From contig OZ024745.1 of assembly GCA_964016885.1 (NCBI GenBank), positions 133,858,001-133,922,000 on the forward strand: a DNA stretch of 64,000 nucleotides, in the 5' to 3' direction. Positions 1 to 12,650 of this stretch are shown here, piece by piece. Positions within the stretch are counted from its first letter, which is position 1, and each line of letters begins with the position of its first letter. Made by a program: the position numbers and the translations under genes. Source of the stretch: Eledone cirrhosa (lineage: Eukaryota). The notes under the pieces were generated by a model. It was not told the origin of the DNA, ran no database searches, and saw only the letters and a list, made by a program, of their open reading frames with translations.

Positions 1-37
1 TATATATATATATATTTATATATAGATATAGATATAT

Positions 38-78
<41 letters not shown>

Positions 79-83
79 TATAT

Positions 84-180
<97 letters not shown>

Positions 181-267
181 TGTGTGTGTCTGTGTGTGTC
201 TGTGTGTGTCTGTGTGTGTCTGTGTGTGTGTGTGTCTCTGTGTGTGTGTGTGTGTGTGTGTGTGTCT

Positions 268-320
<53 letters not shown>
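1..320. repeat. Compound (TA)n/(TG)n/(GA)n microsatellite
   Basis: Directly visible dinucleotide runs. The overlapping ORFs are repeat translations. Confidence 0.97.
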
Positions 321-465
321 TATGCTGCGAGATCATTAGACGTGTCCGTCGAACCTGCAGGTCCAGAATCAGACAGATCCACACAATGATCGCGTCTCGA
401 GCTGTCCGCCGGCGAAACAATTGTAACACACAATAAATTGAGTTCAGATGCATCACTGATTTTTC

Positions 466-504
<39 letters not shown>

Positions 505-569
505 ACACAGAAACAAAATGGCGTAGGATAGAAGAAAGAAAAGGCACAGAAACGAAGAAAGGAATCCCC

Positions 570-614
570 AGTCACTGAAGAGGTCACAGAGTGTGTGACG
601 AAAGGACTATGACT
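570..614 (+). ncRNA. Minimal type I hammerhead ribozyme in a short PLE-derived insert (about 501-615) flanked by TA repeats
   Basis: Stem I AGTCA(570-574)/TGACT(610-614); core CTGAAGA(575-581); stem II GTCAC/GTGAC; GAAA(600-603); very short stem III AG-GA-CT followed by A17. Confidence 0.7.
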
Positions 615-699
615 ATATATATAAACTATCTGGTTGTGGAACCAACCAACCAACCAGAAATTTATAAGTTTGTAGATTTGTAAATTTATAAATTTATAA

Positions 700-832
700 A
701 TATATAATAAATTGAAGTGAAAGCACTGGTGCGTGTGTTTCTTATTGGCAACATGACCCTCCCAAAGTATAACAATATCGGTTTCAACACACGATTTCAG
801 ATAAAGAATCTTGCTAAACAAATTCAGAAACG

Positions 833-835
<3 letters not shown>
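700..835 (+). mobile_element. Terminal fragment of a TA-inserted repeat, probably a PLE pLTR end plus tail (same family as 5701-5930; short match at about 44885-44915)
   Basis: Near-identical to 5795-5930; ends directly at (TA)n. Confidence 0.6.
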
Positions 836-866
<31 letters not shown>

Positions 867-915
867 GAAAAAAACGAGGAAGTTTCGTTTACATATGAAA
901 AATATTTATTGGTTG

Positions 916-1025
<110 letters not shown>

Positions 1026-1623
1026 ATATGTGTGTGTGTGTTTGGGTTTTGTCGAACAGCTATTATTGCGTGCAGGCCGGATATCCGGTTATCGGCAGAC
1101 TCCATCGTTAAGATTTCCGGGGCGCCTTCTTTTGACGGGGTAGGACACGCAGCTGTTCTCTGGTGGTTGTAGCGAAAAAGGTTGTGTAGTGGACACGTCT
1201 GAAAGAAAGGAAGACATACACTTTCCTGTTCGGCCAAGCCCTCAACAACGTTTTGAAGTTTTACTTAGAAAGGATGGTAACGGCGGAGAGGGGAGTGTTA
1301 CACACCTCAAATTCCTTTGTTAAAAGGTGAATGTTGCGAAAATGGCCGGAGTGGATGAGCCTACATTGAGCATGCGCCTGTAGACTAGATAGTCTGGAGA
1401 GTAGAGGGGCACCCTCCTATGGTGATCTTCGTTATTAGGGATGTTTAAGATCTGTTGTGTCCCTAATTTACCGCTAGGTGGTGCTCTCCCTATTGCGGAA
1501 TTTTTATTGTTATCATTTTATTAATATTTGATACACGTTTTATGTAAGTCCGCGCTGTCCGTGATTTTTGTATTCACCATTTCGAACCTAGTGGCCAATA
1601 CAATAATTATTATTAATATTATG

Positions 1624-2102
1624 GCGATGGATTGGTAGTATCGGCAGAGCGTCAGACACCATGCTCTGCAGCATAGAGTTACGGTCCTTTACGTTCTGAT
1701 TTCAAATCCCGCCGAGGTTTGCTTTGCCTTTCACCCTTATGGCGTCGATAAACTAAAAACCAGTTATGCACTGGGGTCGATTTAATCGACTATGCCCTCC
1801 CCCCAAATTACTGGCTTGGTGCCTATAGTAGAAATCATTATTATTATCATGCTTTTCATCCTTACGAGGTCGATAAAATAAAGTACCAGTAATACACTGG
1901 TTAATTGCTGGCCTTGTGCCAAAAGTAGAAACAATTATTATCATGCTTTGAAGCATAGAGTTACCTCCCTGTATGATCTGAGTTCAAATCCCGCCGAGGT
2001 TAACTTTGCCTTTCATCCTTACGGGGTCGATAAAATAAAGTACCAGTAATACACTGGGTTATTGCTGGCCTTGTGCCAAAAGTAAAAACAATTATTATTA
2101 TC
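1624..2102 (+). mobile_element. Three head-to-tail copies of tRNA-derived SINE family A (one full, two 5'-truncated)
   Basis: A-box-like TGGTAGTATCGG; B-box-like GAGTTCAAATCC; shared core GCCTTTCATCCTTACGGGGTCGATAAA; (ATT)n tails at about 1840, 1940 and 2100. Confidence 0.85.
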
Positions 2103-2861
2103 AACATCATTGTTAGTTTCTTTATTATAAAGCATTTTTTATGTCTGGTATTGTATGTTTCCTTAAGAAATAACGTTTATATATTTAAACTCATAGACGG
2201 AGACAGACATGGACATGTCACCATAAGTCTGACTCAAGTTCCTACATAAAATATGCCGCGTACGTATTATAATCTATCTATATGTATTGTATATATAGAA
2301 TACGCTGTCTATTCTATCTGCAATAGCATCAAATATATATGATTTCTTTTTTTTAGGTAAGGGAAGATCAATAGAAAAGACAGTACACCCCATTTATGTT
2401 AAGCAAAACTTTTGTAAAGACATGAACATCACAAATTCATCCCATTTTAGTTTTGTATAAAACTTTCTGTGCTTTAAGTTTACATAACATCGGCAACTGG
2501 CGAAGAAAATCCGATTTTAACATAAATGCTATAAAAGAAGAATTTTAAAATGTTCTCAAATATTTACCAATATGTTGTAAAATTTAGTAAGTTTCCATTA
2601 AGACTTTGTTTCCTTAAGATACATTCTTACATCGCTATGTTTGTTTATCTTTAAAGCTGCTAGTTTCAAATAAGAATTGACTTAAGCCACTTTCTTTGTT
2701 GTGACAGAAAACAATAGGAAAAAGAAAGTTTCATCTCGATGGATATAAAAACTTATTCATGTGAGCACGTAGAGAGAGACCAGCATATTTACTGGTATGT
2801 GTTTATATACATATATGTGTGTGCGTGTGTAGTGTGTGTAGTGTGTTTGTGTGCGTATGAA

Positions 2862-2918
<57 letters not shown>

Positions 2919-2971
2919 AGATAGAGAGAGAGAAAGAGAGAGATACATACATACATACATATATATATATT

Positions 2972-3002
<31 letters not shown>

Positions 3003-3028
3003 TTATTTATTTATATATATATATATGT

Positions 3029-3091
<63 letters not shown>

Positions 3092-3095
<4 letters not shown>

Positions 3096-3261
3096 AACCA
3101 GTAAGACCCCGACAGCTGAGCTCAAGCCGTTTCGACCATTCGAAACGGCTTGAGCTCAGCTGTCGAGGTCTTACTGGTTCCTATTACCCACTCTACTACC
3201 TCAAGTATTGAGTACTTTGGTGCGTTATGGTCCACCTGGTTCCTTACCACATTTCCTTCGT
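3092..3261 (+). mobile_element. Miniature inverted PLE terminus: about 44-bp-arm hairpin plus about 77-nt tail, inserted in (TA)n
   Basis: 3092-3135 is the reverse complement of 3140-3183 with one mismatch. Contains a hammerhead 3' half (GAAA-CGGC...GCTG-TC). The tail recurs as a reverse complement at about 21670-21750. Confidence 0.8.
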
Positions 3262-4066
3262 TATATATATATATATGTATATATATATATGTATGTATGT
3301 ATATATATATAAATATTATATTTTATTTATTATAAACTTATATACATATATGTGTGTGTGTGTTTGTATTATATATATATTATCTGTGTATTATATATTA
3401 TATGCATTATATACATATACGTATGTGTGTGCACGTATAATAACTCACGCACATATAGATAATTAAATTATCTGATTCCTGTTTTAATACACCCTTGTTA
3501 TATTTATTATGCACCATTTATCAAATTTTTATGTCAGCAAATTTATTTCTTCACTTCCTCATACCCCCCCCCCCCCCCTCCACCTTGTCCTTGTCCCTGT
3601 TATGTTAGCTTTGTTCTTGTATGATTTCTGATTCTTCTGCTAATCTTGCAGAAGGTTTCACCATCTTTGTAACTTTTTTTTTTTATTTCACTTCCAAAGA
3701 CTTAAGGGGTTACTTTAAAAAGAAATAATAATATAAACGATGAACCCTATTCTTTATTTCAATATATCGTGACAAGTTTATCTGAGAAAGAAAATTGCAT
3801 ATAAACACGCTTTACTACTTTCAGCAGAGCTGTTAACATCGAGACATACTTTATTATTCTCAATAAAACCTCACAAGATATATTTCCTTGTCTCTTTCTT
3901 ACTAACTTTTTCTTATCCAATCCTTAGACTGCATTTCGGCTTTATTTTTTTATTTTGTTGTTTTATAAACGTCAAAAATAACATTGGTAATTCTGATTGA
4001 TTTTCACACTCCGATTCCATACTTACCACATATATATATATATATACTTACATTTATATATATATG

Positions 4067-4131
<65 letters not shown>

Positions 4132-4949
4132 TAGATAGATGGGTAGATAGATGGGTAGATAGATGGGTACGTAGATAAATAGAGAGAGAGGGGGGGGAGA
4201 AAGAGAGAGAAAGAGTTAGAAAAAGAAGATAAATAGAAAGTAAAGTGTGGTGAGAGGAAGGAACGGGGGAAATGTGAAAAAAATGGGAAGAAAAAACCCA
4301 CGTGCGTATGCAGTCGGCTATCCTAGTGAGTGGGTGGTGAATGGTAGCTTCAACATCAGAGAGGTTTAGGAAGGGAGATAACTAATGTATAGTGAGTATG
4401 CATGTGTGTGTTGTTGTATGTGTCTGCGTGTGCGTGTGTTCGAATGTTTGAAGGAGAAGACATAACGTGATATGATGGCTGCTGACCGACGTAAAGGGGT
4501 GTATATGAATTTCACCATATACGTACATAAACACACACAAACAGCAGCAGCCGAGAAGGTTTGTGAAAAACATAATGGCCGGTATATTTCATTACCTGGT
4601 ATGGTTGTAAGAGAAGTTGCATAATTTCGCATACAACAATACAGTGGTACAACGGAAACCGGCTAAGCTGAAAGGTGTGAGGTCATAACGGGCGTGGATG
4701 GAGCCGGGAATTCGTGGGAGTAGAGTAAATGTTAGGGGTATTTTCACCACTGGCGACGCCACGGCGGACGAGCGCACCCAGTATCAAGCACACATGGATA
4801 TGAGCGCAGGAAAGTGTGTTGGTAGTGTGTTCAGAAGTAGATGTGTGTGGAGTGGTATATAAATACTGATGAGTATTGTGTGGTGGTTGGAGTTGTGTGT
4901 GTGTATATATGTACCTGTGTTTGTGTGTGAGGACAAGGGCAAAGGAAGG

Positions 4950-5275
4950 TTAATGGAACAGTGGTTGGGGGAGGATTGAGTCCAAACAATCCTCCCCCAA
5001 CCGCAATGGGTGAGGATTGCTCGGTCCTGTGGCGAGAAGAAGTGGATCAGTGGTGTAAAATGAGGTCTGAGACAGTGAGGTGTTGAGTAGTGTTGTTGGA
5101 AGAACAGAAGCGACCAGCGACAGAGTTTCTTTAAATAGTCGTATGTCCCTTAGGTGTTCGGAGAATCGGTCAGCCAGGTGGCGGGCTGTTGGTAGACAGA
5201 ACCATAAAGGGGACATCGGATATTGGACAATGTGGTGGAGGTGCAAGTGAAGGAGTGGTGAATGCGAAAGGAATT
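4950..5275 (-). pseudogene. Degenerate GIY-YIG endonuclease fragment of a Penelope-like element (canonical Neptune/Poseidon-like, not Naiad-like)
   Basis: Frameshifted translation FRIHHSFTCTS...IRCP..GS.Y...TARHLADRFSEHLRDIR matches the PLE endonuclease R.L..RF.EH helix. Confidence 0.7.
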
Positions 5276-5304
5276 GTTGTTACACACACACACACACATT
5301 TATA

Positions 5305-6082
<778 letters not shown>

Positions 6083-6149
6083 CTTAGTGGGATGTATGAT
6101 ATGCAAATATGTATGTAATAAAAAGGGGTACATATGTGTGGGATCTTGA

Positions 6150-6870
6150 AGAAGCAATTGGTGCAGGGGACAGCAATTGGTCCGCATTTGGTGCAGGTGA
6201 CAGGATCTTGAACAGAGCAGAATTGAAAGCCTGACCGGACTCTGGTGTCAGATCTTATCTCACAGAGGTGGCCTAAACAAGATTTCTCAAAGTTCTTTAT
6301 ACCTTCGTGGCAGACGGTTCTCAATATGTTACGGTTGGCAGTCATGACTGACTTCAAACGAAGAGTTACGTTGACAGACTTAAGATTGTACTTCAGTTTG
6401 TCAGCATAGTGTGGCCAGCCCACACTATGCACACAATCCTGGAGCTGACTGTACAACACTACCTTAGGAGTGTGGTCCTCGAACGTCTGTAGGACATGAC
6501 CAACCCATCTGAGTTGGGATTGCATCAGAAATGACTCAATCCCACCTATGTTTCCCCTTGTGAACTGTTCGGCATTGGAGACTGTCAGAAAGTGCATATC
6601 CACAGACAGTGCGAAGACAGCGTTTGTGGAAGACATCCAGCTTATGTAAGTGAGGTAAAGTGTCCATGACTCTGAGCCATATAAGAGATTTGTCAGTACC
6701 ACTGCAAAATAAACTGCAACTTTTGTTTTCAGGGATATACCTCTGGCACTCATATATCATGTTGACTTATTCTCCATTTCGGGTAGTGTTTGAAATGCTC
6801 AGAGAGTGGGATTGTTCGAGTGCAAGGCTTTTCCCCACTTAAAAACCTTCAAAGCACAGGCATTGCTTGT
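6150..6870 (-). pseudogene. RTE-clade (BovB-like) LINE, region C-terminal to RT, frameshifted
   Basis: RGISLKTKVAVYFAVVLTNLLYGSESWTLY, LDVFHKRCLRTV and QLRWVGHV are typical RTE motifs. Confidence 0.85.
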
Positions 6871-7006
6871 TCAGGGTCTGTTACAGGTTTGTGTGACTGG
6901 CCGTAGCCTAAAAGTGCACCAAAATCTATAACCTTACAAGCGATTGCAGTACACTTTACAGAGTTTGCAACCATCATATACTCATAAATATACATATATA
7001 CATGAA

Positions 7007-7061
<55 letters not shown>

Positions 7062-7188
7062 AAAGTTATATTTAAATTGTTGGGTTACAACTAGTAAATA
7101 TTTATAACTGATATAAAAGCACTCAACAAGTATTTGGAGTATATTTACGATATTAAATAAATGGAAACTATATTTATAAAACCATATT

Positions 7189-7254
7189 TATTTCATTATA
7201 TATATTTCAGGGATATCATATTAACAATATGTTATGCCTTCTTCAGACAAAATA
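7189..7254 (-). ncRNA. Type I hammerhead ribozyme in the sense pLTR
   Basis: Minus strand: stem I TATTTTGT/ATGAAATA; CTGAAGA; stem II AGG...CCT; GAAA; palindromic stem III ATATATAT; A17. Confidence 0.8.
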
Positions 7255-8067
7255 CAATATAGACAGTTTTATAGATAAATAGATTTGACATACCGTTCAA
7301 CATCGACTTGTATTTGAAAAAGTTGATTTGGCAGTGAAAAATTGTAAACAGAAAGAAAGAAAGAAAGAATGAAAGAAAAAGAAGAAAAAGAAGAAATGCA
7401 TGCAACAAAATAGAGAGATGGAAAGATAGATAAAGAGAAGAACTTCATGTAAAGAAACAGAGAGAGATATATAGAGAGAGGAAATAGATAGAGATAGATA
7501 TATATAGAGAAAAGTAGGTAGTTGAACGACGTATCAATGATACATTTATTTATTTATTTATTTATTTAGCTCTAGTATTAATGTAAGGGAGATATATGTG
7601 GTTAGGAAAGAAACCAGCCGTTATATAGAGAGAAAAATGAAAAGTAACCAGACATAGGCGAGGCTGAATTTAAAAACCCTATGTTTTAATGTAGAAATAT
7701 TAGTTCGTATAAAAACCAGGCACTATAATGTAAATATCAGTATTCCTGAATGAGACACGTATCTATAATGTGTTAAAAGTAATGATCTTATGACTAGTTT
7801 TAAAAATTCATATGTTTATATGATAACTACAAACATCGATGTGAATTTACGTGATCAACTCTGCAAACCCCTATTTCACACGGAGAACATTCTCATTGTG
7901 CTATAAAAATTTAAGTATACATATATGTGTATATATACACATATATATAGAGTCTATATTAATTTTAACAATACTATTCTTGTCTTTACTCTACATGATT
8001 ATCTATCAAGCAGAAATAGAGGACAGATTTCAATATATTAATAAAAATATCAGAAACAAAAACAAAA

Positions 8068-8106
<39 letters not shown>

Positions 8107-8569
8107 CAAATAAATAAAATAGAAAACTAAAAAATATTACATATTAAAAATGAAAATATTAAAAATATTAAAAAATATTAAAATAATAAAAATAAAAACA
8201 TAATATGCCACGCAAATCGACCACAAAGATCAACCCTTCAAAATTAATTGACAATATATTGCCAAGTTCATTATAAGCATCAGAGTCGAAAACAGATAAA
8301 GCTAAAAATTATTTACCAAATCGCGTCTAGCAGAAATCATTTCAAAAGTTTAGGATGCCCATTTGGTCTACATATGTTCTTATATTTAATATAGAAGTTT
8401 ATCTAGTGTAATGTTTATTCGATATATTTGGAGCATCAACTTTTAGGGTAGTTTAATTTTTCATGAAGAATGTATAAAATAAAAATTAAAATAAAAAGAA
8501 GAATAAAAAGAAGAAATCGAAAGATTTATCGGCTAGTTTCCCAAATAATTACAAATCAAACTAAATATA

Positions 8570-10408
8570 CTACATTTTAAATTTAAATTTATATTTAAAA
8601 GTTGAGTTCAATCTATGTTTGCAGCAACTGAATAAATTTGTCCGTAGATTAAGGGAATTTTTAGATTTTAGTATAAAGAATATCTCCTCCGCGCAGAGGT
8701 CACATGTCTCAGAGGATGAATTAAAAGGAATCCCTCTTGAGACTATATTCCAAGCCGTCGAATATCTAACGTTATCTTGCCTAAGTTGCCAGAGTACGCC
8801 TGATAGTGCTGTTGAAGATTTTTTGCTTGGATCTGTGAAAGAATTCTTGTGGTTATTATAGCGAAGTTTAAATTCCGTCGATGTGGAACCGACGTAGTTA
8901 AAAGAATTAGAGTCCGTTTTAACATTACAGTTGTATATTATATTTTTAACTAAGCAGTTGTTATTTAACGGACATTTAGATCTATCTCTACAGTTACATT
9001 TGTTAACTTGTATATTATTTATGCTATTATCGCTAGGTTTTAAGTTCCTATTATTTATTCTATTAATATTTTGTGCTAAATTTTTGGTGGATGAGTAGGT
9101 TAATTTTATAGTATGTCTATTGAAAATTGAGTGATACCTATGTGTTCTAGGGAAGCGATTATCAAGAGCTTTAAAAAATAGTTTAGCGATGTGGGTTTTA
9201 ATGTTTAGTGAGAAAGGGGGGGCAAACCATATTATGTTCCTAGTTCTATTTCTTTTTTGGCTTTTGGAATTATTGTAATGCTTTCTATTATAGTTGTTAC
9301 GGTTGTGGCCGTAATTAAAATAGTTGTTATTTTGTTTAGTTTGTCTATCATTATCTATGTACATAATCTTATCAGCATATCCTGCTCTAGCTAACGCTTC
9401 ATTGTAGTACTGGGCTTTTTCGTCGAAAATCTTTCTATTAGACGAGATTCTAGAGATACGTTTTTGAACAGAGTTTACTATAGTGTTTTTGACAGATCTG
9501 GGGTGGTTAGAGTTAAAGCTGACATAGTTTAAGTTTTCATTCAACTTGTGAAATGGATAGTGAAGACATGTGCTGAGATTTAATGTTATATCTAGGAAAT
9601 TGACTATTCTATGGTTGTTCTCAATTTCTATTTTTAGATTAAAGTAATTAAAAAATTGTGTAATTTGTTTTCTTTTTCTATTTAGTTCAGAGTTATTATT
9701 ATCAATAAGTAAAAGCATGTCATCTCTATATAAACCTCCGGTAGTACCAGGTATTTTCCTATGTAGCGAATTGATTAAAAATAAGCCCACAAGGTCAGTT
9801 ACCTGAGCTGAGTCGGATGATCCCATAGTAATGTCAAAATTGCTATCTCTATCTGCTCTGGTCCATAGTTGGTCATTAAATTCTATCAATGTTTTCCTAG
9901 CCGATAATATAATGTGCATTTCATTGCTAGTTAGGTCTGTATGTTTGAATGCGTAATTTAGTGCCTTATTTAGTAGATTAGGGGTAATAGAAGAATAATA
10001 GTTAGCAATATCAAGTTGAATAAACTTATTATTATTGTTATATTTAATTTGCTTAAACCACTCAACAACCTCTCCAGTTCCCTTCCACAAGCTCAGGTTA
10101 GGTAAACAATCCAAGTTTTTAATTTGTTGTATCACCCTGTCAAGAATGTTTTTGCTTAATTTGCCCAGGTCCGATTTTGATGGTGCGATCAATCTAACTG
10201 GCAAGTCATTTTCAAAATTCCTTTTGTGATCTTTCATATTGATCTTCGGTTTCCTGGGCACGAAAGGTTGTGTTCTGTTGTCAATTTCCAACTCGTGCAT
10301 TATACAAGATGCTTCAACATTCGTTTTCTCAAGCTCGGCCTTATCTGCTACCTTGTACTTTTTCCTCAGTTCCTTCAGTATGAGGCCATTATACATGTCT
10401 TTCTGCAC
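8570..10408 (-). CDS. PLE polyprotein: reverse transcriptase plus C-terminal GIY-YIG endonuclease; uninterrupted but N-terminally truncated
   Basis: KDHK, RLIAPSKSDLGKLSK, QLDIANYYSSI, ITMGSSDSAQVTDLVGLF, GLYRDD, NFLDITLNL, CNC..CPL..C linker, IIY..YVG, RYNNH, CDLC..E, CCKH. The annotated start is not the native start: the frame runs into the inversion junction at about 10420. Confidence 0.93.
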   Translation of the reverse strand: MQKDMYNGLILKELRKKYKVADKAELEKTNVEASCIMHELEIDNRTQPFVPRKPKINMKDHKRNFENDLPVRLIAPSKSDLGKLSKNILDRVIQQIKNLDCLPNLSLWKGTGEVVEWFKQIKYNNNNKFIQLDIANYYSSITPNLLNKALNYAFKHTDLTSNEMHIILSARKTLIEFNDQLWTRADRDSNFDITMGSSDSAQVTDLVGLFLINSLHRKIPGTTGGLYRDDMLLLIDNNNSELNRKRKQITQFFNYFNLKIEIENNHRIVNFLDITLNLSTCLHYPFHKLNENLNYVSFNSNHPRSVKNTIVNSVQKRISRISSNRKIFDEKAQYYNEALARAGYADKIMYIDNDRQTKQNNNYFNYGHNRNNYNRKHYNNSKSQKRNRTRNIIWFAPPFSLNIKTHIAKLFFKALDNRFPRTHRYHSIFNRHTIKLTYSSTKNLAQNINRINNRNLKPSDNSINNIQVNKCNCRDRSKCPLNNNCLVKNIIYNCNVKTDSNSFNYVGSTSTEFKLRYNNHKNSFTDPSKKSSTALSGVLWQLRQDNVRYSTAWNIVSRGIPFNSSSETCDLCAEEIFFILKSKNSLNLRTNLFSCCKHRLNSTFKYKFKFKM

Positions 10409-11250
10409 TCCATAGAGGTTGTTATTATTATTATTATTATTTTTTGTTTTTGTTTCTGATATTTTTATTAATATATTGAAATCTGTCCTCTATTTCTGCT
10501 TGATAGATAATCATGTAGAGTAAAGACAAGAATAGTATTGTTAAAATTAATATAGACTCTATATATATGTGTATATATACACATATATGTATACTTAAAT
10601 TTTTATAGCACAATGAGAATGTTCTCCGTGTGAAATAGGGGTTTGCAGAGTTGATCACGTAAATTCACATCGATGTTTGTAGTTATCATATAAACATATG
10701 AATTTTTAAAACTAGTCATAAGATCATTACTTTTAACACATTATAGATACGTGTCTCATTCAGGAATACTGATATTTACATTATAGTGTCTGGTTTTTAT
10801 ACGAACTAATATTTCTACATTAAAACATAGGGTTTTTAAATTCAGCCTCGCCTATGTCTGGTTACTTTTCATTTTTCTCTCTATATAACGGCTGGTTTCT
10901 TTCCTAACCACATATATCTCCCTTACATTAATACTAGAGCTAAATAAATAAATAAATAAATAAATGTATCATTGATACGTCGTTCAACTACCTACTTTTC
11001 TCTATATATATCTATCTCTATCTATTTCCTCTCTCTATATATCTCTCTCTGTTTCTTTACATGAAGTTCTTCTCTTTATCTATCTTTCCATCTCTCTATT
11101 TTGTTGCATGCATTTCTTCTTTTTCTTCTTTTTCTTTCCTTCTTTCTTTCTTTCTGTTTACAATTTTTCACTGCCAAATCAACTTTTTCAAATACAAGTC
11201 GATGTTGAACGGTATGTCAAATCTATTTATCTATAAAACTGTCTATATTG

Positions 11251-11316
11251 TATTTTGTCTGAAGAAGGCATAACATATTGTTAATATGATATCCCTGAAA
11301 TATATATAATGAAATA
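11251..11316 (+). ncRNA. Type I hammerhead ribozyme, inverted-arm copy
   Basis: TATTTTGT(11251-58), CTGAAGA(11259-65), AGG..CCT, GAAA(11297-300), TATATA-T-A, ATGAAATA(11309-16). Confidence 0.8.
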
Positions 11317-12522
11317 AATATGGTTTTATAAATATAGTTTCCATTTATTTAATATCGTATATATATATATATATATATATATATGAACATTTATCTACAC
11401 ATGTATGTATGTATGTATGTATGTATGTATGTATGTATGTATGTATGTATGTATGTATTATGTATGTATGTTTGTATGTAGGGAACGATAGGAAGGTATA
11501 TGTGATTAAACCTGTTTTCATGAATGTATGTTTATAAAACTGACTGACAAACACTAAGTCAATACTAATTTGATATGAGGTGTTAGATTTCGTTAAATCC
11601 TAATGCCATCAAGTATTTGTGAAATGTTCCCCCAATCTTAAGGACATCATTCAAAATAGAATGTTCGTAGCTAGAGAAGACCTTATAAGTTCTTAGATAA
11701 GAATGGAGTTTATTTCACATAAAAATAAAAACAATATTATTAAAACCAATACTTAATAAAATTTGAGAAAAATTATTATTTACTGATATTTCTCCTTGAA
11801 TATTTCTGGAAATTGAATATTTTCCTGAAGTTTCAACTGTATATAGAAAGAATTATAATATAAGATGTAAAGTTGCAGAAACTGCATCCGTGTATTTGGT
11901 TTCTCTTTCAGATCTAAAGTAAGAATCGCGGGACTGCGTACGGTATATTTCTTTTAATCAAGTTAGTAAAATAAGTTGGATTACTTTGAATAAATAATGA
12001 ATGAATATTACATAATTTATCTACTAAATTTAGTAGCTGTTGATTAAATATATTTTATTGTTTATTTAAAGATTCACTTCTTTAAAATGTTCAAATGTCA
12101 ACACTTCCGGTTAGCGATCGCTTAAATAAACATTCATATATTTCCGTCACTAATTTTCTCCTAATGCAGTTTATATATAATATCGTCTATTTTTAATGTA
12201 TCATGGATTACGTTACTGATTACATAAGACTGTAACGCAGTGTTCGATCAATTTCTGTGTATATTGTCAATACGATTTTATTTGATGTATCATATCTACA
12301 TGAATATAAACTTGCGTATAATATCAATATGCACACTACAGATGCTAGCAGAAAACCACGCGAAGGGTGGATTTTCTGCTAGTAACCTATAAAGAATATG
12401 GAATAAATGAAGTCTGCACATTGCGCCTCACATAACGTCATTTCCGTGATCGTGTCACTATTAACGGGCAACATAATAAACTGAAGAATGGTGTAGCTCG
12501 CCAAAGCAATGATAGCACTGCT

Positions 12523-12650
12523 AAATAGACACATTTACCCCATCAGAGACATTTATAAATAGACACATTTACCCACTCAGAGACATTTATAAATAGACAC
12601 ATTTACCCCATCAGAGACATTTATAAATAGACATATTTACCCCCTCGGAG
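12523..12650. repeat. 35-bp tandem repeat, about 3.5 copies
   Basis: Unit AAATAGACACATTTACCCCATCAGAGACATTTATA. Confidence 0.9.

Larger units (their letters stand above)
7060..11359 (-). mobile_element. Young Penelope-like element (Naiad-type), 5'-truncated, with about 940-bp inverted pLTR arms and an 86-nt tail, inserted in (TA)n
   Basis: 7146 to about 8087 is the reverse complement of about 10420-11359 (about 2 substitutions noticed); uninterrupted ORF between the arms; (TA)n on both flanks; hammerhead in both arms. Confidence 0.93.

Noticed and set aside
405-432. GAAACAATTGTAACACAC as a hammerhead 3' half
   Set aside because: Palindromic stem III and a GUA site are present, but there is no CTGANGA upstream, so it cannot be called a ribozyme.
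1060-1490. Possible tyrosine-recombinase (DIRS/Crypton) remnant and CTCF-like CTAGGTGG(T/C)GCTCT motif (also at about 48030)
   Set aside because: Only vague SKT and CP..L..Y resemblance, with no catalytic motifs. The short motif cannot be validated without a profile search or ChIP data.
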